A DNA stretch of 64,000 nt. Origin: Felis catus. Lineage: Eukaryota. The stretch is from positions 162,256,001-162,320,000 of the forward strand of contig NC_058368.1 of the NCBI RefSeq assembly GCF_018350175.1, given 5' to 3'. Position numbers and translations under genes: made by a program. Numbering within the stretch: position 1 is the first letter of the stretch; the number at the start of each line of letters is the position of its first letter. Below the pieces are notes generated by a model. It was not told where the DNA came from, ran no database searches, and saw only the letters and a list, made by a program, of their open reading frames with translations. Positions 41,633 through 53,950 of this stretch are shown here, piece by piece.

Positions 41633-41845
41633 ATATTTTAAAAAAATGTTTAATGTTCATTTATTTTTGAAAGAGAGACATAGCATGAGTGGGGGAGGGG
41701 CAGAGGGGGAGACACAGAATCCTAAGCAGGCTCCAGGCTCTGAGCTGTCAGCACACAGCTCAACACAGGGCTTGAAGTTACAAGCTATGAGATCATGACC
41801 TGAGCCGGAGTTGGACGCTCAACCAGCTGAGCCACCCAGGCACCT
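41633..41845 (-). mobile_element. Can-SINE
   Basis: TSD tggatttagcacttt. Confidence 0.93.
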
Positions 41846-42650
41846 CTGGATTTAGCACTTTAAAAATACCATGTGTTAATTTCCAAATTATAAAAATGGT
41901 GATAAATTTAAATATAAACTTAAATTACTAACAAATGTAAAGCATATGTAGATCATGTTGTCTTGTTATTCCCATAGCTCTTTATAATCAAGAAAAGAGT
42001 CTAGAAGAATATATATTAAAACAATACATTGAATTAGGAGAAAATATTGATTTATGTTAACTTTGGTATCATCAACAGAATTATCTTTGCCCTAAACATT
42101 TTAAGTTGGGCATGTGTTAGAAATTTCTGGACATTAAATACTAAATTCATGAAGAGATTTCTAATTCTCTTTTTCTAAAATAATCTTTCCTCCTTATTTT
42201 CTGCAATATCATCTTGCCATAACAATTATTTTTATTTTATTGTCATAACAATTATTTTTGAATTATTTTCATTATGATGCACACATTTCTTTTTCCTACT
42301 AATTTAAAAGTACTCCATCAGCAAGCACCACATGGTATTTCATTTTTGTGTCCATGGCACTAAACCTGTTCCTGGGATTAGAGCAAGTATTTATCAATGT
42401 TTGTTGAGCAAAACAGGCCATCTTTCCTCATCTTATTCTCTGTGAAGTCATGACTAAATGAAATCACTTAAAATTGATGTTAGTTCAGAAATATGATGTG
42501 CTCAAGGGATTAAAGATGGGGAAATTAGAAGTATCTATTTCTGTATATTATATGTAAATATTTGTTTTGTAATTATGTTGCAAATTAAATTGTCTGGGTA
42601 GGGTGTATATGTTTATTGGGTAGTTTTCAGCCTCCCCCAATCTCACTTAC

Positions 42651-42914
42651 ACAGGTTTCTCTTTTCTGAAATTGAGTGAAGAAGGAAGATTTGTTTCTGG
42701 CCCATAAGAAATGGTTAATTCTTAAAATACTGAAGATTTATAAAAGATGCCTTAGAACAAAACCAATTTGCAAAATACAAGGCATTTCCTAATGGTACTA
42801 ATCTTGAGATATTTTTTTTAAAAAAGGAATTTGCTTCTATTGCAATAAAGACGTAACAAAATCTCAGCAGGCAAAGCCTCGGCTTATAGTAAATTCCCAA
42901 GCAAGATTTCCCAA
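42651..42914 (-). pseudogene. Pseudo-exon: VGKSCLGIYYKPRLCLLRFCYVF...(1 stop)
   Basis: Acceptor gttttgtttatag; donor TGT|gtaagt; 264 nt, phase 1 to 1. Only 59 nt separate it from the previous exon, so the two may be one exon. Confidence 0.55.
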
Positions 42915-42973
42915 CTATAAACAAAACATATGAGTCCTTCATGTCTTCATATTTACTGACAAAAATTGTTTAC

Positions 42974-43172
42974 CAAAAGGAAAGGCATATAAATAATTTC
43001 TGCTGTATCTCAAAATGCTAATACTCTCAATAGAATATTTTATGAAGTATTTATATAGCATTGCTGGAGACTCTGGTGAACTGTAAATCATGCCACTCTT
43101 CAGTGCAAGACTCTCAAAAATAAACTCCATGATTTTAGAAATAACTAGCAGGCCACATTTAGATTTTTCTGC
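42974..43172 (-). pseudogene. Pseudo-exon: AEKSKCGLLVISKIMEFIFESLALKSGMIYSSPES...YAFPF (66 open codons)
   Basis: Weak acceptor aatcctag; donor TTG|gtaaac; phase 0 to 1; no stops. Confidence 0.7.
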
Positions 43173-43556
43173 CTAGGATTTGTCACTTGATTCTGTATAC
43201 ATGTACGGGGACACATACACACCAAAGGCCTTTAGTTCCATGTTAAATTTCCTCCAATATGTCCACTTTTAAAACTGTTAGAGTATAATACAGCTAATGA
43301 AATAACTGTAACAATGTAACAAAGAGTAAGATAACTAGGCTCCTTAAAAGGAGCATGTTCTCACGTTTTCTTTCCAGATCACCTTTGTAAACATGAATGA
43401 TTTATCTTATATTTCCTTGCTGGAGAGCCTAGAGTATGTGTAGAAATTATTTGACATGTTCTTAGAGAAAGCAGAAAGTGGAAAAGAACTTGATAGGGAG
43501 AGTTAAAGAAAAAACAAGAGAACAGATAAAAACACAGATAGTCAACTTGTAGTTAC

Positions 43557-43666
43557 CTTTTCCACAGGAACTTATAGCAGCCGATTACACGTATTCACCA
43601 AGTCAGGTAAAGGAAATCAAGGATCCAGGTCCATATGACGGTCCAGTGTTAAAATTTACATAGGCC
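43557..43666 (-). pseudogene. Pseudo-exon: RPM*ILTLDRHMDLDP*FPLPDLVNTCNRLL*VPVEK
   Basis: Acceptor cctatttctctag; donor AAG|gtaact; 110 nt, phase 1 to 0. Confidence 0.7.
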
Positions 43667-45002
43667 CTAGAGAAATAGGTTTATTAGATGAAACTAGGTA
43701 AGTAGACTTCTAAGGTGTTAGTTGAAACATGAATGAGTGAATCAAATAGAAACACTGAATTTTCTAGGCACAAATTGTCACATTCCTTTACCTTAATTCA
43801 CTTGGTGTATAATACAGTAGAATCTGTGGATTTGTTTTCACAGAGACTTCTGACATCTAGACAGTTTAATGTTAATAAAAAATGTTTTATAATTAAAATG
43901 GAGAAGCTTTGTTGGAACTATTTTACTCCAGCGAAATTTTTAATATTCAACACATAAATTGATAGCTAGTATTATATCATTTAAAGTACTACTGTGAAGT
44001 TATCTGAGTAGCATTTAATTTAGGTGGAATAATTCACTTTGGGTCAGATTTGAAATATATTTATTTTTTACATATGAAAGAAGCAACAGTGAGAAATGAG
44101 AAATGACAAATTTGCAACAACCAATATCCTAAGCAATTAAGTTGGGAACAGTAAATTAGCAAAATCTGGGAAATACACTTTCAGGGAATTATTATTAATG
44201 GTTAGATGTCTTGAAGTTAACTTATTACAGGGTGGTGATTCAGAGCACAAGTTCAAGAGAATGGTCTTCAGAAAGTCATGCAAGCATTTTCTGCCTGTTT
44301 CCTTACGTCTAATAGGTAGACAATAATAGCATTTGCCTCATTGTGTGTTGAAAGCAAGATATTAATATATAATTTAATTTGTGTAGGCATTTAAAGTGAT
44401 ACATAACACATGCAGAATATTGCTACAATGTCTTGATTTAACCAGATACAAAAAAAAATGATCATGGTTTAGTTTTATTGATGGGATAATAGAAATCTAC
44501 TCTAAGCCTTTCTTTATTCTTTCTACTTGTTCAAGCCCATGATGTAGGAAATAGAGAAGAAACAAATAACACATCTAATGCTTGTAGCTAAGCATATCCA
44601 TGCAAATATTAAACACAGAGTTATTAGAGAGTATGAAGAATCTTACATGTTTTTGAAAGAAAGGAGGACAAATAATTACTTGACAGATATAGAAGTACAG
44701 ATTGTTGCAAGGACAAAAAATATTACAAGAGAAGTCATAATATATAAAAACTACATTAAAATTGGCTTAGGTGAAATTTAAAATGTTTATATCAGTAAAA
44801 TTTTTTAAATTGTCACATTCTTGATATATAATAATATTTTTTCAGCATATCAACCTAGAATCAGAATAACTAGGTCAGAAGCAATGTGAAGTGTAATCAA
44901 ATCCAATTCCACACTCAACAAGTTAAAAATTGAACCTATATGTACTAATGGCATAAGTATTGGAAGCCATTCTTAAATGAATACTGTGTCATTCAATCTC
45001 AC

Positions 45003-45286
45003 GTGCAAAACTAGGCACGGACATTAAAAAATAACTTGTTACAATGAAGGGGGTTCATGGCTAACAGAAATGATGATGAAATGTTTAGAGCTGTTGAAAT
45101 CGAAATCAGATCTGGGTGCTAATAAAGGAATGTCTAACTTTTCCTTTTTTAAAGAAGATTCTGTGATGAAAAATGCAGACCCAAAAACAGATATGTCAAC
45201 ACCATATAATTCAAAAATATTAATTAAGCCTATACCCACTTCATTACATTCAATTAGCGCTGAGGGATTTGTGGCTCCAAAAGGAC
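45003..45286 (-). pseudogene. Pseudo-exon: GPFGATNPSALIECNEVGIGLINIFELYG...SSKHFIIISVSHEPP/FIVTSYFLMSVPSFA
   Basis: Acceptor cagtttttatag; about 82 open codons (ORF track 45039..45386 -); donor CAC|gtgaga; one inferred frameshift. Confidence 0.75.
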
Positions 45287-46086
45287 CTATAAAAACTGAT
45301 GTGATTATAAGGAGGTCTTTAGTGTATCCTTTTTTAATTATTGAAAAAAAACCATATTCTCTAATTATAAGATTTATATTAGGCAAAACTTATTAAGCTA
45401 TTTAAGTAGTATTGGCTAATACCAGGCTTAATGACCCATTTAAGAGTGCAGGGAAATATTACTTAAAATTAGAATTATTAAAGAAAATCTAACATGCATA
45501 GTGCTAACATATACAAGAAGCATCTCTATGTAACTATTGCTATGAAATAAAATATTGATCTATTACAAAATGATATATAGTATCAGAAAAGATTGCTTGT
45601 GTAAAATAGTATAAAGATCTCAATATATATAATCATATATTTAATTTATATAATTAAAGCTATATAAAATATACATTTTTTAACTTGATATAGTTTTTAA
45701 AATAATGTAGCTAGAGAAAATAATTGTTAACTAAATGTTCCATATTTAGTCAGGTAGGGACATGCATGTGTCTCTTCACTTTTCAGTACAAAAATGTTGC
45801 TAAATATTACATTTATTGTTGTTGGTCAGGAAAAATAATAGTATTTTTTTTTGGCTAAAAGCTAAATTATTCCAAATTTGAAGGAGCATGGTTTTATATA
45901 TAAGTGTGTGTGTGTATAATTTTGTATATTATATATTTTATAATATTTACATAAATATTATATATTTCATGAAAATATATTACTTGGTTTATGATATTTA
46001 AGAGAACAGAACAATGTCTAACAAGCTGTTTTTCAATAAAAGTCAGAAATTATTTAGTTTAAAATATTTTGTAAGATAATAGATAC

Positions 46087-46180
46087 CATGTATATCTTCT
46101 TTCCTATTCTCTCAGATAGAGTTCTCTTCAATTGAAAGGAACCTGGCTAGAATCCTGTTGTAAAAATAAATGTCATCAAA
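46087..46180 (-). pseudogene. Pseudo-exon: FDDIYFYNRILARFLSIEENSI*ENRKEDIH
   Basis: Acceptor gtttttttgtag; donor ATG|gtatct; 94 nt, phase 0 to 1, joins the next exon as G|GT (Gly). Confidence 0.7.
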
Positions 46181-46259
46181 CTACAAAAAAACATTAAGCA
46201 AATCCTTTGATAATAGGTAATACATATACAATTGTATTCCCCACACTGTCCTGGCTTAC

Positions 46260-46486
46260 TTCCTATTCCCCAAGGCTATTTCAGTCAAAGTGGATCTGGG
46301 TGTCGTCATACAGCTCTCTGTCTGATGAAGGCATCTGCCACACTGTTCACCATTTCCTCCAATTTCCCCATGTCCTGACAGAGATCCTCATTTTCTATAA
46401 TATTATGCAATGCCATCTCATTAATCGGAATATCTAGTTGATGTATCTTGTAGGGATTCATTCAGGGACAGAGCTTTAAATAGCAG
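46260..46486 (-). pseudogene. Pseudo-exon: LLFKALSLNESLQDTSTRYS/PINEMALHNIIENEDLCQDMGKLEEMVNSVADAF/...ELYDDTQIHFD (frameshifted)
   Basis: Acceptor aaatag; donor GAA|gtaagc; protein-like segments in shifted frames. Confidence 0.65.
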
Positions 46487-46585
46487 CTATTTATATGTTA
46501 ATTAATAAAGTGACATGCACAGCCCTGTGATTAGACCATGCACATAACCTATTGAGCATATTGCTATTTTCGATTTTCCTCCCAC

Positions 46586-46793
46586 ATGAAGATTTAGAGC
46601 TGCCCTCTCTAGCTCCCTTTTAGTATGCTTATGCAAATGAGCTGTTTCTATAATCTTGTTAATAAAGGGCATTCTCATCATTAAGAATAATTTTTAAGGG
46701 AAAATAGAAACTGCTTATGTATCATCATATCGATCTTATTTTGTGAAGATGTGACAGGCTTTGCTAAAAGCTTCCTTTAACCACAAAATCTCC
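46586..46793 (-). pseudogene. Pseudo-exon: EILWLKEAFSKACHIF...LFLMMRMPFINKIIE... (3 stops)
   Basis: Acceptor cttcctttccttccatccaattctaag; donor CAT|gtggga (alternative AG|gttatg at 46549); 208 nt, phase 2 to 0. Confidence 0.55.
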
Positions 46794-48171
46794 CTTAGAA
46801 TTGGATGGAAGGAAAGGAAGAGATTGAATCATTTGGAATTAAAAGACCAATATAAAGATGAAATATGTTCTAAGTTATCAAAGAAAACACTTTGGTAGCC
46901 AAAGCATGATACCAGTATCTAAACAAATTAGAGGCTGATTACTATGAATTTTTCTTCACTAAATATGTATTAAGGACCTACTGTGGGTAGGCTTTATGCA
47001 AACAGTAGTAAGAAGGAAATATAGTAGTATGGAAATCTCACATTCTTATAGTATTTTTAACATGAATTCCAACTAGCAACAGATTATCTGTGAATAATTA
47101 TTTAATGATTATATTATCACACAATTTAGTGGCTTAACACAGCAATCACTTATTTTGCTCAAAAGTTTGTATATAGGTTATTCTTGAATATAAGTATTCA
47201 AGTTATTCTTCTTACATAATTATTTAATGATTATATTATCCCAATGGCTTAACACAGCAGTGATTATTTTGTTCAAAGGTTTGTATGGAGGTTAATATTC
47301 AAGTTATTCTTCTGCCATTGTTGAATAGGTACACTCATGCTTCTGTGTTTAGCTGTTACTTCTGCTTCTCAGTTGCTTCTGCTTCTGGGGGTTGACTCAT
47401 CAGCTGAGATCATGAGAGTGACCTGGTCCCACCTCTTCCTCCTCCAGTAGGCCAGTGAAGCCATCTCTACAAGGTGGAAATGTAGAGGGTCAAAGAGCAT
47501 CAAGAGAGGGCAAGCCCCAATAGGCAAGCTTTCTTCAATTATTTGTTTATATCATGTAGACTCGCTATTGTGCCATTGGCCAAAATAAGCCATGAAGATG
47601 GCCCAAAATTCAGTGTTAGAGTAGACCACTGCAGGCATGAAGAGGCAGGCATGAATAAACAAGGAACCATAACTGTAACGATATCTACCACAGTGTGCCC
47701 TGAGATCCCCAGTGCTCCACTTTTCTCACAATGCAAAAGACATCTATTTCTTACCAAAAAACCCACAGAGGTCTCATTGGATAATCATGGAATCAGTCTC
47801 AAAATCTAAGAGCATAAAGTCTATAATCAAATTTGATGGAGATTTTTAAAATACAGTTATGCTTAATTCTGAAACCTATGAAATAAAAAGCCAAGTTATG
47901 TGACCTCCTCATACCAACGTCCCATGACGAAATAAGAATGGGATAGTCACAAAAGATTCTGTAGTCCCAAAAGGGGGAAAACAAAAGGTATGTACAGTCT
48001 GTTGCTGTATAACTTTTTGAAACCCTACCTGTTGCTAAGGCCCTTATACACTGGAAGCAAGGAATGTTCCTTTATGAGGGACACATTCTATTCCCTAGGA
48101 GTGAATCCCCATTCCATTATCTATCCTTATTATTATTGACTTTTCTCTCTGGCCTCTTGGATTCACACACT

Positions 48172-48179
<8 letters not shown>

Positions 48180-48252
<73 letters not shown>

Positions 48253-48360
48253 TACATATGCATATATATGTATATATATACACACATATGTGTATATATA
48301 TATATACATGTATATATACATATATATGTATATATATATGTATATATATATATATATATG
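48180..48360. repeat. Compound (TA)n/(CA)n/(TG) microsatellite
   Basis: Directly visible. Confidence 0.95.
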
Positions 48361-48659
48361 ATCCTCTATGTATTCCTATAGTGTAGTGGCTTTCTTAGCC
48401 TGGTACTTGCTTATAAAAAGGCCCAAGAGTCTTTTAGAAACTCGAGCAGTGTCATCACATTTTTATCTAATCTGGTATGGTCATTTGTTAATAAAACTCC
48501 TTAAAAATTTGTGGAATTTCTACATATCAGCTTGAGACCCACTTTATTCCAGCAGAAATACATCAACAGTTCTTTTTGAGATCAGCCTTTCTCCACTCTG
48601 GGCATTTCAGGCTTCTGTGGCCAGTGCTTTAAAGATCCTTAGAATCTCTTTTGTCTGAC

Positions 48660-48880
48660 TCAACTGCTCTCAGTGGAGGGTGCTTTTGCTCTTCAGGAGA
48701 CATTTTAAAATGTCAGGAGACATTTTTTGGTTGTCACAATTAGAGTGAGGGTGGTGTTCTGTCATTTAGTGGGTAAAGGCCAAGGATATTCCTAAACATC
48801 TTTCAATGCACAAGACACTCCCCACAATGAAGAATTATCTAGTCCAAAATGTCAATAGTACTGAGTTTGAGAAACCCTGG
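48660..48880. mobile_element. MER5-like hAT DNA transposon remnant
   Basis: ggagacattttttggttgtcaca...tttgagaaaccctg. Confidence 0.7.
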
Positions 48881-48941
48881 TCTGGTTTGTAGGATCTTTT
48901 CGGCACTGATTTAGTTTGGAAGTTTTAAGAGAAGTTTGTGG

Positions 48942-49152
48942 TTCTTTTCTTTTAATGTTTATTTTTGAGAGACAGACTGTGAGTGGGGGAGGGATGGAGA
49001 GAAGGAGACACAGAATCTGAAGCAGGCTCCAGGTTCTGAGCCATTAGCACAGAACCCGATGTGGGGCTTGAACTCATGAACTGAGCGATCATGCCCTGAC
49101 CATGATCAGGCCCGTGTCAGGATGCTCAACCGACTGAGCCACCAAGGCACCC
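48942..49152 (-). mobile_element. Can-SINE
   Basis: TSD agagaagtttgt. Confidence 0.9.
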
Positions 49153-50164
49153 AGAGAAGTTTGTAGTCCTTACAGTCATACCCTTGCCTGAATACTCTCC
49201 CCAGCCAGCATGTTCTTTATTTTTTCCCCTATATTTTCTTTAAAAATCATTTATAAGCTAGAGACCATGAACTAAGAGCCAAGGTTGTTTTATAACCAGC
49301 TAGTCCTATTCCTCTGTCTTGCCTCTAAATTCTGCTTACATATAAATGGTTCCCTATTTAGCTCAGCTACTTGTTATAATACCTTATTTTGTGTGGTTAG
49401 GCATGCTAACAGATGTTTTCAACATCATTTCCAATAAGACCAAAAAAGTTTTAGGTACAGTTTTGAGATTCCAAAATACTATAGGTACCAGTTTTGCCAA
49501 CTGTTTCAGGCCTACACAAGCTGCCATTTTTCTAGCCTCCAAAAACAATTTCCTCACCAAAATCTTCAGCCTTCAACTAACAGTTTTCTCCCTGCTTTTC
49601 CAGATTACATTAACAATTTCCTTGCTTCTGCTGCCCGCCACATGATCCCAAAGCCAATGTCATGTTTTATATTCTTTTTATAGCAGTACCTCATTTCTGG
49701 TACCAATTTCTATATCAGTTAGATTTTTTTTCTGCATAATAAACCACATCAACTTTCAGTAACAGAAAAAAACACAAATATTTATTTCGGTCACAATTCT
49801 ATGAGTCATCAGTTTGGCCTGGACTCAGCTAGGTGGTCCTTCTTCTGGTACTGGATGTGCTTTCTCATGCATCTGCATACAAATATTGGTCACTTGGAAA
49901 GTACTGCTTTGCAGGGCTGACTGATCCTCAAAGGGCAATGCCGCTGACTGGGCTATATGTCTCTCAACATGCAGCAGGCTCCCCCAGGAGCAACAACTGG
50001 GAAATGATTTTCAAGGATCTTTTCCTTTGTCATGTTTGATACTGACCTATTATCCTAAAGGCCAAAACAAATTACATAGTCAAACCAAGATTCAGTTTAG
50101 GAAGGGATTATTCAAGGTAATAGTCTCAGAGAACCATAAATATATCATAATCAACCAGAGGGTA

Positions 50165-50730
50165 TTTTTTAAAACCACTTTACTATGATTGATCAACATA
50201 TAAAAAGGCATACATATTTAATGTATACAACTCTATGAATTTCCAGATAAGTATACACCATGAAACCATAACTGCTATCAAAGCCATAAACATACCCAAC
50301 TCCCAAAGTTTCCTCCCACCCTGTTAATTATTACTATTTTTGTATCTATGTGGTACAAATAGTTAACATAAGGTCTACCCTCTTAGAAAATTTTAAATAT
50401 ACAATATTTATTGTTGGTTATATGCCCTATGCTGTAGAGTAGATCTCCAGAACTTGATCTTGTGCAACTGAAACTTTGTACTCTTTAACCATCACCACTC
50501 CTTCCCCCCTCTTCACAAACAACTTAAATGTTTATCAACAGATAAATGGATAAATAAAGTGTGGTATATACATACAATGGACTATTATTCAGTGTTAAAA
50601 TAGAAGGAAAGCCTGCCAATTCTGGTGGCACGCCTGTGCCTAGTGGTCATTATACTAAATGAAAGACAAATATTATATGGTCTCACCTACATGTGGAATA
50701 TAAAAGACTCCGACTCATACAACCCCATGG
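50165..50730. mobile_element. L1 3' fragments in opposite orientations
   Basis: Antisense 3'UTR to about 50515, then sense end of ORF2. Confidence 0.6.
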
Positions 50731-51649
50731 TTTTAAGAGGTTTTTTTTTTAAACAGATCTTCATTAGTAACAACAAAAATTATTAGACATTAGATTAGCT
50801 TCTTTAGTAGTAAAAACAATTCTTTGTAAATACTTCAAGAAGTGTTCCATTGTTCTTATTGTTGCTCAATAAGTTCTCATAAAAGCTATGAAGATTATAG
50901 GGAACTAATAATGGAAATATGTATTATACAGGACACAACGGTGCAATCAAGTTAGATTATGATAGCGTGAAATGAAAACTCCAGACAGGTGATCTCTAAA
51001 TGTCATTTTGAAAGAGGATTTGGACCAAGATTTATGTGCTTATTCCCTGTATTCTAGTCCTCATCCTAAATCCATAATGCAGTCTGGTAGAAGCCTCTAT
51101 GAATTCGTGGAAGTCAACTGAGGATTCCCTACTGTTAAGTATCTAAGAAGGAGAGGTCAAGGGATAACAATGCCTCAGTCACATCAGTACTCAGGAGCCT
51201 TCCACCACCCCTGTCCACTTGTCTGTTTGTTTGTATTATCGTTCCAGGACAAAGACCTAGATTGGAATTCTTATTCTGCTTTTATCTTTTAACACTTTAA
51301 GAGTTCCATAGCAGGGATTTTCCCAATAAACAGAGTGTTTTTGTAATGGTCTTTATTCCACTGATGGTAGAAGGAAGACTCAAAGAGGCTTATCTGGCAA
51401 TTGGACTGGATGTCAAAACTCAGAACCAAGGGATACCCCTAACTGCCCCTTCTACTCTAATGCTTGAACAACGCTGTCATCTATGAGAAAAAAATCATTG
51501 TGGGATCCATTCAAATACGAAAACCTAATAAATCTGGCAAGATAAGAATATTCAAAGCCCTAATTTCTGATTCTTTGAATTTTAGTAAAATAAAACAAAC
51601 CCAACAAAGCATAAAAATAAGTTAGATTTAAAATATGAAGCTATTTTTG

Positions 51650-51856
51650 TGTCCTTGGGTGGTTCAGTTGGTTAAGCTTCTGACTTTGGCTTAGGCCATG
51701 ATCTTGCGGTTCGTTGGTTTGAGCCCTGTGTCAGGCTCTGTGCTGACAGCTCAGAGCCTGGAGCCTGCTTCAGGTTCTGTGTTTCCCTCTGTCTCTGCCC
51801 CTCCCCTGCTCATGCTCTGTCTCTGTCTCTCAATAAATAAATGTCATTTAAAAAAA
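51650..51856 (+). mobile_element. Can-SINE
   Basis: SINEC body; flanking atgaagc(t/c)atttt. Confidence 0.9.
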
Positions 51857-52849
51857 TGAAGCCATTTTGGCCACCATAGCAAATCCTCATGCATCTGTTT
51901 CCAAGGTTTGGGGAATTAATAGAGAGAGAAGAAAAGAGACAGAGAGAGAGAACTCTCCAACCTATACTCTTGATCAAGGAAAGGTGAACATAAAAATCCC
52001 TTCTGTAGGTTGCAGTTCTAGGTATAGTGATGTGTCAGAATACACGCATCTAACTCAAATCTAACTCAATTGTTTGGCTTTCTGACACAAATGTTAGCTA
52101 TTAAGAAATCAATTTTGTTTTATGACAGTCATAACAATTAAAAAACTTTTACTTCTTTATTTTTGCAGCTTTTGACTATCACATGAAGTTAAAAAAGACA
52201 TGAGGAACAAAGTTGCATGTTGATGATGTTTGCTCTTTTCTGAGTGGAGTGATTAGCAAATTAAAATTCATAGACTTACGTAATACTGGTTGGGAGGGAA
52301 ATGGAAACTAATATTATGTTAATTCCTTAAATGTGTCTAAAATCTATTACTGTCACTTTAGATCCAGATAAATGTCAAAGCTCTCTTAATTCTTTTTGTA
52401 ATTGAAAAGCATCCTGAATCATCTTCAAAACTAGGTTCCTTTTCCATCTTTCTTTGGCATAGATGGAGTATTAAGATTTCATGAAATTCTAGTTATTTAT
52501 GAATGAAAATGTGATTTTTATAACTAAATTTACAGTGATGCCTTTAGATGAAATGCTAATTAAGAATTAATGGGGACGAACCTTTGGAGCCATAGATTTA
52601 TTTTCCAGCAATGCAACAAAAGGCATGCAATGCATAATGACAGCACTCTTAATGATAGCACAATAGCGAAATGATCATATAGTCAAACAAACAAAGATGC
52701 AAATAAAACAAGTCTGATTCTAATTATATATTGGCTATCCTAGCATAAACTGAGATATGATTATAGTAAATACATCAATTTATCCATATCTTCATGTAAC
52801 AAATTCACTGGATGGCAGCTAAACCGAACAGCTCAGGTAAGAATTTTTT

Positions 52850-53070
52850 TTTTTAATTTTTTTTTTTCAACGTTTATTTATTTTTGGGACAGAGAGAGAC
52901 AGAGCATGAACAGGGGAGGGGCAGAGAGAGAGGGAGACACAGAATCGGAAACAGGCTCCAGGCTCTGAGCCATCAGCCCAGAGCCCGACGCGGGGCTCGA
53001 ACTCACGGACCTCGAGATCGTGACCTGGCTGAAGTCGGACGCTTAACCGACTGCGCCACCCAGGCGCCCC
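52850..53070 (-). mobile_element. Young felid Can-SINE
   Basis: Near-identical to 17275-17498; TSD aagaatttttt. Confidence 0.97.
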
Positions 53071-53445
53071 AAGAATTTTTTAATGATTCCTAGATACCAT
53101 GATATAATGTGGCACAACAAAGGTGACTCTTCAGTGAACTTTCAGCTTGATGTTTAAATCATAAAGTGCAGATTTGTGAGATAATAATAAACAATATCTA
53201 ATGATAAATAATATTTCCCCAAAAGACAGGCAGTATGCAAATATATGTCAATATGTTTTAAGTAAAATCTATTTAGAAGTCATCTCCTTTTTATGTTCTA
53301 GTCCATTACACAAACAATTATTGAAAGTTTCTATTTTACCTCGAATGCATTACTGTACACTGGGATATTATATACCCTTTTTACTTAAGAGCATTTATCT
53401 TTGTATTTTTTAGTCATTTTACATTTTGCTTTTCTTTTTGCAGAG

Positions 53446-53630
53446 TATTTTTTAAAGATTTATTTATTTATTTATTTTGAGAAAGGGAGAGAGAGAGAGC
53501 AAGGGAGGGCCAGAGCGAGGGAGAGACATAGAAACCCAAGCAGGCTCCGCGCTAGGGCTTGATCTTATGACCGTGAGGTCATGACCTGGGCCAAATCAAG
53601 CATTGGGCTGCCTGAGCCACCCAGACACCT
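53446..53630 (-). mobile_element. Can-SINE (older, with deletions)
   Basis: SINEC body. Confidence 0.85.
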
Positions 53631-53950
53631 CTACTTTTCATTTTGAAAATTAGCTTTAACAGTGTTATCTATTTACCTGGATTCACTCTGCCCCAGACAC
53701 TTTTGAGAGTGCTTTGTGCCTTTTTTTATTCAGTTGAGACTCTGTATGTAATTATTTTGCATAATATATGAATACACTCCTCAACTGGCTTCAGTGTTAA
53801 GTCTCTTTTAACTCAGAATTTATCCTCATCCAGATTAAACATGAATAGTCATTTATTGACCTGTTATTATAATTCATCACAGAAGTTCTTCACATAAAAG
53901 CAATAGATTGATCATATTCAAACCTTGGCACCGGAACTGAACTAAACCAT

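Larger units (their letters stand above)
47080..50150 (-). mobile_element. MaLR (MLT1-type) remnant, LTR-internal-LTR, with nested microsatellite, MER5-like element and SINE
   Basis: MLT1-like LTR text at about 47080-47700 and 49715-50150; internal/LTR junction motif agcagtacctcatttctggtaccaatttc. Confidence 0.6.

Noticed and set aside
43568..43606. Plus-strand 39-nt exon (ttttccacag|...CAG|gtaaag)
   Set aside because: Isolated, overlaps a minus-strand exon, and has no plus-strand partner exons; likely chance
44536..45396. Plus-strand ORFs (44578-44781, 45070-45396) as a gene or endogenous viral element
   Set aside because: No recognisable viral or cellular motif. The 45070 ORF is the antisense mirror frame of the minus-strand exon, which has proper splice sites and phase continuity.
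40490..48381. ORFs with [12 protein letters not shown] runs (40490, 40608, 48064, 48095)
   Set aside because: Microsatellite translations; only the 3' part of 40490..40933 overlaps a pseudo-exon
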